A stretch of 64,000 nt of DNA from an uncultured delta proteobacterium (GTDB lineage Bacteria > Myxococcota_A > Polyangia > Polyangiales > B10-G4), in the NCBI GenBank assembly GCA_963727445.1, contig CAVSGI010000011.1, positions 1-64,000 on the forward strand. The letters are read 5' to 3'. Positions within the stretch are counted from its first letter, which is position 1, and every line of letters starts with the position of its first letter. The notes beneath the pieces are model-generated. The model saw only the letters and a list, made by a program, of their open reading frames with translations, ran no database searches and was not told the DNA's origin. The translations under genes were made by a program, and so were the position numbers. Below are positions 32,631-42,794 of this stretch, in pieces.

Positions 32631-32783
32631 ATGTGACCGCTCACTCGTGACAGATGACGAAGCCGCCGGAGCTCCAACCTGGATAGACGTCCACCTCGAT
32701 CTCGTTCGGCGTACCCGTAGGCCAGATGAGGCCCTGATCACAGGTGCGTCCAGCCGCGGCGAAGGTGAGGTTCGCTCTGCCCG

Positions 32784-32921
32784 GCTCCGGTTTCCAGCCT
32801 CCACGGAAGCCAACCCCCCCTCACCGAACGTCCGAGTCTCGCAGTAGGAGCGATTATGTAGCCCCTGGCTCACGGGAGGATGGCGGAAGGCCGTTCATGC
32901 TCGTTCATGCTGACTATCAAC
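32784..32921 (-). repeat. Complete minimal repeat unit D with a 10-bp internal duplication
   Basis: GCTCCGGTTTCCAG...GGC CGTTCATGCT CGTTCATGCT GACTATCAAC. Confidence 0.85.
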
Positions 32922-32941
32922 ACCGAACTTGTCGAACTTCG

Positions 32942-34315
32942 TCACCCCGCGAGGAAGACGCGCCGCACCCAGAGCTCTTGGCCATCCCACCAGGCGACGA
33001 GGAAGCCGAGATCGTCGGTGCCGACGGCGCACATGCCCGGGATGGCCGCAGGAGCGGGCGAGGCGATCGTGACTTCGCTGCCGCGCGGCAGGCCGTCCGG
33101 GCCGATCAGGCGAAAGCGATGCTGGTTTTCGCCACTATCGGCCGTGCTGTAGCAGGTGCCGGCGACCCCCAACTTGTCCGAGCCAGCGACATCCACTGGA
33201 GAGTTGCCGCCGGTCAGCGGCTGGGGCGCGCGCATGGGCCTTCGCTCGAAGGGATCGATCACCTGGAAGCGCGTTTGATCACCGCCCGCTGCCACAATCA
33301 CGACGAAGTCGCGGAGCGCGGCGATGGCGGCCGAGTCGTCCACCACATCGCTGAAGCTGTGAAGAAGCCCGGTCTGTATTGGCTCGCCTGCCATGAACGG
33401 GCTCGAACCGGCGAGGGTCAGTAGATCAGCGGGGCGCGCCTCCTCGGGTGGATGACTGACCAGAACCGCGATTCGGCTCCGAAGGCCGACCGCGTGAATC
33501 GGGGGTGCGTCGAGGGACGCGGGGGATACTCGGAATCCCGCGCCGGTCTCCCGGAACGGGCTGACGGCAAGCATGGCGTCCTCGTCGCGTAGCGCGACCC
33601 AACGGTCGAGGTGCGTGAGTCGCACGAGTGCCAGACTGGCTTGATGCGTGGTGCCGAGATCCATGATCGGCGTGGCCGGTCGGAAGTTCCGGTCGAAGAG
33701 CCGGCCGCTGACCTGGGAGACGTCGCCCTCGAGCTGCTCGCTGGCCACCGCCCAGCGCCCTTCGGCATAGAGCAGCTCGCCACCGCCCGTCATCGGCTGC
33801 TCGAGGACCCGGGTGTCGATCCGCGTTCCGTCGGCGTCGAGAGAGAGGATCACTCCGTGCGGAACCGTGCGGTCGCCCTCCGCGCCACCGAACAATCGCT
33901 GAGCGAGCACGGCCCAGCGGCCCGCGCCCCACGCGATCTCCACGGGTTCGTCGCGCGTGGCGTAGTCGCGCCCCTCGTCCCTGTCCATGATTCGCCGCGG
34001 CTCGCCGAGGGTGCAGCACGGATCCCACGCCGGGATGTTCGGCGGATCGTCCCAGTCTTCGGCCTCGGGGTAGTCGCTCGGTCGCGCGTCACCGCCGAGG
34101 TCGGGATCGGGCTCCGCGGGCAGGACGCCGGGTGATGCGTCACCCGACGCGTCGGCGCCTCCCGCCGCATCCCGGCGCGCGCCGTCCGTTCGCGACGACC
34201 CATCCCGCGATCCCGCATCCCGAACGGACGCATCCTCGCTCCGCTCGTGTGTCGCGTAACACGCGCAGAGCACCACCGACGCCGCGATGAGTGCGGTGTT
34301 GCGCGAAACCCCCAT
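32942..34315 (-). CDS. Hypothetical lipoprotein
   Basis: MGVSRNTALIAASVVLCAC signal/lipobox, Asp-Ala-Gly linker, beta-rich body. Confidence 0.7.
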   Translation of the reverse strand: MGVSRNTALIAASVVLCACYATHERSEDASVRDAGSRDGSSRTDGARRDAAGGADASGDASPGVLPAEPDPDLGGDARPSDYPEAEDWDDPPNIPAWDPCCTLGEPRRIMDRDEGRDYATRDEPVEIAWGAGRWAVLAQRLFGGAEGDRTVPHGVILSLDADGTRIDTRVLEQPMTGGGELLYAEGRWAVASEQLEGDVSQVSGRLFDRNFRPATPIMDLGTTHQASLALVRLTHLDRWVALRDEDAMLAVSPFRETGAGFRVSPASLDAPPIHAVGLRSRIAVLVSHPPEEARPADLLTLAGSSPFMAGEPIQTGLLHSFSDVVDDSAAIAALRDFVVIVAAGGDQTRFQVIDPFERRPMRAPQPLTGGNSPVDVAGSDKLGVAGTCYSTADSGENQHRFRLIGPDGLPRGSEVTIASPAPAAIPGMCAVGTDDLGFLVAWWDGQELWVRRVFLAG

Positions 34316-34584
34316 GGGATGAGTATGGGGCGCGTCAAGCGTGGTCGCAACGAAGCGTGGGATCCCGTCAATCCACTTTCCCCGGGCAAGTGGGTGGTCT
34401 CGACGCGACTCGGCGCTACTATCCTCTCGGCTCTGCGGCACTACACACTGGCATGGAGCTTCGTGGGGCTGGCGGCGCTAAGCGCGTGCCGCGACGGTGA
34501 GGAGTCGACGGACGGCGGCGTCACCGACGGGGCGACCGACGCCGGGATCGCGTCGCCGCCCGACATCCGCTGGCCGGGGCGATC

Positions 34585-34719
34585 GGGGACGGTTCGAACT
34601 TCCGTCACGCGGCGCTGCCCCGGACGCGCGCGTTACGGACGGCGGTCGGGGATGGTTCGGACTTTCCGTCACGCGGCGCTGGACCGAACGCGCGCGTTGC
34701 GGAAGTTCGGACCGTCCCC
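34585..34719. repeat. REP/MITE-like hairpins (one partial and one complete 72-bp unit)
   Basis: GGGGAYGGTTCGRACTT(T)CCGTCAC arms paired with GTTGCGGAAGTTCGGACCGTCCCC. Confidence 0.8.
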
Positions 34720-34730
34720 AGACGCCGTCT

Positions 34731-35236
34731 GGCGGTACGCGCCCAGCCGGCAGGCGTCGCACAGCGCCCGCGGATCGCGCCGGTCCGTCTTCACTTTGCG
34801 GCTTCGCGTGCCGTACATCGGCGCGAAGTTGACTCGACCCTTCGGGTCGTCGACAGGTCTGTACCCGCGCGGCTCCGTGGACTTGCGTCCACTCCGCTTC
34901 GCACGGCTACAGCCATGTTCGGGTCCGCCACGATCACCTCGTGACCCAGCTCCTCGAGCCAGCGAGCCACCCACTCGCTGTCCGTCGACGCCTCCATCAC
35001 GATCTTCGCCCGTGCGCGGTTGGCGAACAGCTTCGCCAGGGCTTCGCGCGTCGTCGCCACGCGCCGCTCCCACAGCTCACCCTCTTTCGTCTGGATGCAG
35101 ACCTGACTTGTCTTCTTGTGAACATCGATGCCAATGTGCTCCACGGCTGGCCTCCACTCTGCGGCTCTTGACCGCGATCAACGTTGTGGGGCTACGGCTA
35201 CCACGTCAGTGGCGGCCAGCCGCTTACATCCCATCT
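34731..35236 (-). mobile_element. IS110 copy 3, 5' remnant with an 89-bp insertion
   Basis: Near-identical to 10942-11360; left end GTTGATAG|ATGGGATG; truncated next to the REP-like hairpin. Confidence 0.9.
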
Positions 35237-35330
35237 ATCAACCTAGTCGACCGCATGGAGTGCGTTCGCATTCTTAGCTTGCGCCGGTACTCCTGCGTGA
35301 CGGCTATCCTCGGCGCAGCTCACTGGATGG

Positions 35331-36236
35331 CTAGAAGCTCAACGTTGCCGTCGTTCCGCTGCCGTTGACGACACCGGGACGGAGGCTCAGCCGAATGGTT
35401 CCGGAATCGTTGAGTGCGACGTCATCGTGCACGACCGACCGGTGGCCGATCAGGCCGATGGTGGCGATGATGATGCCAACCAGATCCAGGCCGAAGGCGA
35501 TCCAGGCGAAGGTCTCTCCAGCGTTGTTGTGGAACGCATCTGCTTCGTATCCGATGTCGTAGGACGACCGGGACTTGCAGGTCTTACCCACGGTGAGCCC
35601 CAAGATTCCGCCGATGACGGGGATGAGCCCCGTGCCGACGGCTGCTCCGCGACATCCAGAGTTGTATTCGGTGTCATCCGACGACACTGTCGCCGTCATG
35701 ATCACTTTCGGCACGTAAGCCGCGATGAAGAACCCGACGGCCGACCAGATGTAGCCCCATCGGGGCGAGTATCCGTAGTGCGGATTGAGGGCCGGGGACG
35801 GCGGCCCGTTCGAGGATGGCCAGGTCGCGGCGCCGGTCGCGGGCACGGTGCCAGGTGCCGCCATCGGCGCCGCCGGTGTGGTGGGTGTGGTGGGCGTCGC
35901 GACGTCGCTCGTTTGCTGCCATCCCGTCGCCGACGGTTGTGTCTGCGTGGTGGGAGTCGTCGGCGTAGGCGTCGGAGTGATGGGCGCCGGTGTGGTAGCA
36001 GGGCCAGGCGTCGCCGCGGGCGCGCCGGCGACGCACTGCGGTCCCGAGGCCTGCATTCCGGCCGGACACTGCGGCGTTCCGATGCAGTTGTGCGCGGGGC
36101 CGAGCGACTGCCCGGGCCAACAGCAGACCCCCTGCACCGAGACGAGCCCGCCCTGGCATTGGGCTTCGCTGGTTCGCGCTATGGCGGTGACCGCGACCGC
36201 GAGGGACAGCGCCCCGACGATGGAGCTCCACTTCAT
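35331..36236 (-). CDS. Secreted/membrane protein with CCWPGQS Cys module and Pro/Thr linker
   Basis: Signal peptide, low-complexity linker, three hydrophobic segments. Confidence 0.7.
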   Translation of the reverse strand: MKWSSIVGALSLAVAVTAIARTSEAQCQGGLVSVQGVCCWPGQSLGPAHNCIGTPQCPAGMQASGPQCVAGAPAATPGPATTPAPITPTPTPTTPTTQTQPSATGWQQTSDVATPTTPTTPAAPMAAPGTVPATGAATWPSSNGPPSPALNPHYGYSPRWGYIWSAVGFFIAAYVPKVIMTATVSSDDTEYNSGCRGAAVGTGLIPVIGGILGLTVGKTCKSRSSYDIGYEADAFHNNAGETFAWIAFGLDLVGIIIATIGLIGHRSVVHDDVALNDSGTIRLSLRPGVVNGSGTTATLSF

Positions 36237-36643
36237 GATTGACCTCCGTCGACGGGGCCGAGCCCGTTCATGAGGGACATCACCAGCGCTTGATATTCAT
36301 CGCGCAGGGCCTTCGGGATCTTGAAGCCGTCACCGCGACGCTGGACGTAGCCGCCGGACGCGGTGACCAGGATCCAGCCTTCCCGGTAGAGCTGCACCGT
36401 GAACTGTGACGCGCTTCCCCTATGGACGTAGCTGGCGCCCACCACGATCTGACCGCGGGCGGGATCGACCGTGACCGGCTGGTAGCCCTGAGCCGACAGC
36501 AGCTGTGAGACCCGGTTGAAGAGGTCTCCCTGCGGAACGCGGCCATAGGGGCCGACGGTGTAGACCGGGGATTGCCCCCACCCGCATCCTCCGATGCCAA
36601 CCCCAATCATCAGCGCGATTCCCAGCGCCCACATCGCCTTCAT
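36233..36643 (-). CDS. Small hypothetical lipoprotein
   Basis: GGAGG RBS, IGGC lipobox-like motif, ATGA overlap with the next gene. Confidence 0.7.
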   Translation of the reverse strand: MKAMWALGIALMIGVGIGGCGWGQSPVYTVGPYGRVPQGDLFNRVSQLLSAQGYQPVTVDPARGQIVVGASYVHRGSASQFTVQLYREGWILVTASGGYVQRRGDGFKIPKALRDEYQALVMSLMNGLGPVDGGQS

Positions 36644-36901
36644 GAACGACCCTCCCCGCGGGGGCGTATATCACATACATCCTAGGGAGCGACACAGTCG
36701 TCCCCCGGCGCAGCGAACCCCCACGGACACTGCGGGGCCCTGCGCAGCGCGTGTACTCGTCGCTCCAGCTCTGCCCGGGCCAACAGCACTGACGGCGGTC
36801 TCCTCCGTGACGACCTTCCCGTCGGGACAGTTGGCGCCGGTCGTCGTCGTCCCTTGCGTGGTGGACGCGTCGACGGTCGCCGTGCCGGCGGGGACGAAGA
36901 A

Positions 36902-36973
36902 GGGGACGGTCCGAATTTCCGTAACGCCAGGCCCCGGAAAACACCCCCAGTTACGGAAGTTCGAACCGTCCCC
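36902..36973. repeat. 72-bp REP/MITE-like hairpin
   Basis: 24-bp arms GGGGACGGTCCGAATTTCCGTAAC / GTTACGGAAGTTCGAACCGTCCCC. Confidence 0.85.
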
Positions 36974-37056
36974 GTTCGCCCTCCGCGTCGCGATGGGATC
37001 CAGGACCCGGGTGGGACGGAGTTCGCCGCGCGCGGGCGAGGCGGATACCATAGGCC

Positions 37057-38454
37057 ATGGCCCGAAGTTGCCACAGCAGTAGCGATGGCCGCCTCGTTCG
37101 GGTTGAAGCTAGAGCCCGTTGGCCGTCCTTCGTCGCTCCTCATTGCGAGCGACACCACATCCTTCGCGCTCCTCCGTTCCGGAATCGTGGTCGTTCATTC
37201 ACCTTTGCCCTGCTCGGCCTCGCGTGGATCGTTTGCGGCGCCGCGTGCGGGCGCATCGATTACGACGTCGACCCCGGTCAGCTCGATGGCGCGGCTGACG
37301 CCGATGCACGCGCAATGGAGGCCGGAACGGAAGACGCGCAACCCGACGTCGATGCGGGCTCCGTGGATGCGGGCTCCGTGGATGCGACTGTTGAAGACGC
37401 CGGAGCCCGGCCGCTCGCGCTCGCGGCTGGATATGGTCACACCTGCGCCACACGCGCGTCCGGACAGCTCGCGTGTTGGGGCTCCAACGTCCGGGGTCAG
37501 CTCGGCGACGGCACCACGGAGAACCAAGCCCTCCCCACAGATGTCGCCGCGTCGTCCGAAGCCGTCGCGCTCGCTGGTGGATACGCGTTCACGTGCGCGG
37601 TGCTCGCTTCGGGCTCGACGGAGTGCTGGGGCGCCAACGGCTCCGGCCAGCTCGGCGATGGCACCACCGAAGACCATCTCACGCCTCTTCCGGTCACGGA
37701 CCTCGTCGACGTCGTCCAGCTCGTCGCCGGCGGCTCTTTCGCCTGCGTCCGCCGCTCCGTGCTCGATCCCGTCTGCTGGGGTCTGAACACCTCCGGGCAA
37801 AGCGGTGACGGAACCACGGTACAACACCTCACGCCTGCGCTTTCCTCGGTCGGCACCGTGACCGACATCAGCGCGGGGTCCTCGCACACCTGTGCAGTGC
37901 TGCCGAGCGGCGCGGCTCGATGTTGGGGCCGCAATATCCACGGCCAGCTCGGTAACGGCACGACGACCGACTCCTCCGTTCCCGTCGAAGTCGTGGGGCT
38001 GAGCGGCGTCGTCGAGATCTCCGCAGGAGGCTCGCACAGTTGCGCGCGACTCGCGTCGGGGGCGGTGTCCTGTTGGGGCGAGAACATCCACGGTGAGCTC
38101 GGTGACGATACGACGACCGGGCGACTCGTGCCCGTCGCCGTAGTGGGGATGACCGATGCAGTGCAGCTGGTCGCGTCGGATTGGTTCACGTGTGCCCGCT
38201 TGGCCTCCGGCGAGGTCGCGTGCTGGGGCAACAACACGTCCGGGCAGCTGGGTGACGGCACAACCACCAGTCGTTCGGTCCCAGCGCTCGTGCTCGGCAT
38301 CTCCGATGCGATTGACATCGCGGCGGGAGACGCTCATGCTTGCGCTCGCGAAGCGCCCGGAGCCGTCGTATGCTGGGGCAGCAACACCCTCGGCCAGCTC
38401 GGGGACGGCACGACCAGCCAGCGTCCCAGCCCGGTCGAGGTCGTGGGCCTCTGA
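37057..38454 (+). CDS. RCC1-repeat beta-propeller lipoprotein (start uncertain)
   Basis: Seven HTCA..CWG.N..GQLGDGTT repeats. Confidence 0.9.
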   Translation: MARSCHSSSDGRLVRVEARARWPSFVAPHCERHHILRAPPFRNRGRSFTFALLGLAWIVCGAACGRIDYDVDPGQLDGAADADARAMEAGTEDAQPDVDAGSVDAGSVDATVEDAGARPLALAAGYGHTCATRASGQLACWGSNVRGQLGDGTTENQALPTDVAASSEAVALAGGYAFTCAVLASGSTECWGANGSGQLGDGTTEDHLTPLPVTDLVDVVQLVAGGSFACVRRSVLDPVCWGLNTSGQSGDGTTVQHLTPALSSVGTVTDISAGSSHTCAVLPSGAARCWGRNIHGQLGNGTTTDSSVPVEVVGLSGVVEISAGGSHSCARLASGAVSCWGENIHGELGDDTTTGRLVPVAVVGMTDAVQLVASDWFTCARLASGEVACWGNNTSGQLGDGTTTSRSVPALVLGISDAIDIAAGDAHACAREAPGAVVCWGSNTLGQLGDGTTSQRPSPVEVVGL

Positions 38455-38535
38455 GTGGTGTCGTGCCGGGCTGGCGGGACCTCAGCTGCGTCGCGTCGCG
38501 GCGCGTGAGGAGAGCGAGGCCGACGTGATTGTCCG

Positions 38536-39131
38536 GTGAGCGAGCGGTTGTCGTACGACGTCGAGCGTCGCTATCGGGTGTGGCTCTGGCTCGCTCCTCA
38601 CGATGCGCCACGGCTCTGGAACTGGGCGGTGTGGAGCCGCATCGAGCCCTCGCTTCGACCGCTCGTTCGGTCCGACCGCGGAGAGACGATTGTCGAGGCG
38701 CATCACTTCGCGCAACAAGAAGCGGAGGACGCAGAGCCTCCGCTGGAAGGCCGCCGCCCACGAGCGGTGGACCCACCGCTCTCCGAAGAGCGCGAGCACG
38801 GAGCCCACGTTCGATGGCATGCGTGCGTTCGCGCCCAGCCTCGACCTCTGCGACGAACGGCCGTTCGACGCGATGCTCGCGCTGGACGATTCCCGGCGGT
38901 GGACGACCGGCGAGCACCCGCTGAGGTACTCCTGGTCGCCGCTCCTGGCAATCGCCGAGGACACCGGGATTGACGCGCGGTCCGGTCTTCCGTGATCCCA
39001 AGGGGCCCACCGAGGCACGTCGTCGAGGCCGAAGGCCTCTCCCCGCCCTGGGAGGTCGTGTACGCCCGCGAGCCGGTCGGCGCCGAGACCCGCGAGGACC
39101 GGAGAGCCGCCGCCCTGATCGCCGAGGTCCT
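38536..39131 (+). pseudogene. Fragmented hypothetical gene(s)
   Basis: Coding-like segments shift between ORFs 38536-38973, 38603-38995 and 38992-39270. Confidence 0.35.
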
Positions 39132-39187
39132 CACATCGCGTACAACTCCCGCGAGCTTGCGCGCGAGCGCGACGGCCGCGATCCGCT
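39132..39187 (-). mobile_element. Short scrap of an IS110 transposase 3' end
   Basis: Encodes RIAAVALARKLAG, as in copies 1 and 2. Confidence 0.7.
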
Positions 39188-39334
39188 CGCCGCTACATGC
39201 GCACGGGGGGATCCGAGTAGCGACGTGCATCCTGTGCGTCTTGATCTGCACGGGGCGCTCCGCGGCATGACGAGGACAGGTCCGCCAGGCGTTAGGCGCC
39301 TGAGTCTCTCGGCGCTCGAGGCTCGGCCCCCGGC

Positions 39335-39670
39335 TCAGCGGCGCAGGCACGCGCGTTCGGTCGCGTACCCTTCGCCGTCGGCGTGTGTCCACTCGGCCTC
39401 GCCGCACGTGAAGCCCTCGCCGCAGTCCGCGTCCGTCTGGCACCGGCGTGTGCAGTAGTGGCCGTCCGAAGCGGACAGGCAGCGGACCTCGCGCGGCGAG
39501 CCGTGGCAGTCCGCACTCTCCGCGCACGGTCCACCGAGCTCCGAGCCGCCGGCCAGCCCACGGCAGTCCCGGTAGGTCGCGAAGCCGGCGAGCGCGAGCA
39601 GGCCGATCCCGACGAGGATCGCGTTGCGCTTCGTGAACCGCCTGCGTGGGGTGCGGGTGCTGGTGGTCAC
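39335..39670 (-). CDS. Small membrane-anchored Cys-rich protein
   Basis: TM segment then C..ADC..C..YCTRRCQTDADC. Confidence 0.65.
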   Translation of the reverse strand: MTTSTRTPRRRFTKRNAILVGIGLLALAGFATYRDCRGLAGGSELGGPCAESADCHGSPREVRCLSASDGHYCTRRCQTDADCGEGFTCGEAEWTHADGEGYATERACLRR

Positions 39671-39928
39671 GGCGGCATGCTACCACGCACGGATCGGCGC
39701 CCCGCTTCGATGGCGTGTGGGGTGGAAGGCTCGATCAGCGGAGCGAGCTCGCCCCGCTCGTCGAGACGAAGGCGTCGACCGGACCCGTCCACGTCCCGTC
39801 GCAATCCGCGTAGAGCGTCGGGAGGTCGCCCTCACCTCGAATGTGCGCTGCACGTCCTTCGGTTTCCCTCCTTGCGAACGCGACCGACGCCCGTCGCGAT
39901 CTCCCCTTCCACGTCATTGGACCAGGCA

Positions 39929-40717
39929 CTAGCGGCAGGGGGCGGCGATGGTGCTGCCGCGCGCGTTGCACTCCCACACGCCGCCGGGGCCGGGGCTCAT
40001 CGCGCAGGAGTCGATGTAGAAGCCGCTCACGCCGCAGTCCGGGACGCTCGTCTGCCAGCCTTCGGTCAGCGTGCAGGCGCTCCCGGAGTCCGCACCGCTC
40101 GGCACGCAACCGCCCAGCGCGGTCCAGCGCTGCTCTTCGGTGCCGTCGCAGTTGTAGTCGAAATCGACGGCCGCCGGCGCCCCTGGGATCGGCGTGTCCC
40201 GATAGCCGCTCACCCCTGGGCTGACTCCATCGTTTTCGTCGTTGCAGTCGACCCAGCTCGAGACGGTGGTCCAGGTCGCGGCGGTGGCGCCGGATGGGCA
40301 CGAGCTCGGCGGCGTCGTGGGCGCCGCGCAGGCCATCGTCGTCTCGGCGCCTGAAGGCGGATAGCGGTCGCCGTCGCAGTCCGCGTAAAAGGTGACGTCC
40401 ATCGTGCACGCGTCGGCATCGGCGTCGCCACTGGTATCGGCGTCCGCGTCGCCGCTCGCGTCTGCGACTGCGTCAGCGCTCGCATCGTCGCCGCTCGCGT
40501 CTGCGTCGGCGTCGGCGGTCGCGTCCATGGACCCGTCCGCGACCGCGGAATCGGGGCCCGCGTCCGGGATGGTGGCATCCGGCGCCCCGCCGTCCCCACC
40601 CGCGTCCGAGCTCGCGTCGGCGGAACCGTCGGGCAGCGGCACGCGCCGGCCGTCATCGCCACAGGCGAGAAGCAGCGACGAAAGCAGGATCAACATGACG
40701 AGCGGAAAAGAGCGCAC
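39929..40717 (-). CDS. Lipoprotein with Asp/Ala linker and putative metal-binding Cys motif
   Basis: LLAC lipobox; FYADCDGD, DCNDEND and DYNCDG motifs. Confidence 0.8.
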   Translation of the reverse strand: MRSFPLVMLILLSSLLLACGDDGRRVPLPDGSADASSDAGGDGGAPDATIPDAGPDSAVADGSMDATADADADASGDDASADAVADASGDADADTSGDADADACTMDVTFYADCDGDRYPPSGAETTMACAAPTTPPSSCPSGATAATWTTVSSWVDCNDENDGVSPGVSGYRDTPIPGAPAAVDFDYNCDGTEEQRWTALGGCVPSGADSGSACTLTEGWQTSVPDCGVSGFYIDSCAMSPGPGGVWECNARGSTIAAPCR

Positions 40718-40772
40718 GACGACCTCCGGGGCTCATCGACGTGATGGGCCCGCTGGATATTCTGCGATGAAA

Positions 40773-42695
<1,923 letters not shown>

Positions 42696-42794
42696 TCGTC
42701 CCTCGAAGAGAGCCTGGGAACGGGGACTCTCCAGCGGATGCCATTGAACCCGCCAGGCCCCCGGAAAGTCAATATTATTCGCGGCAAGATGGGG

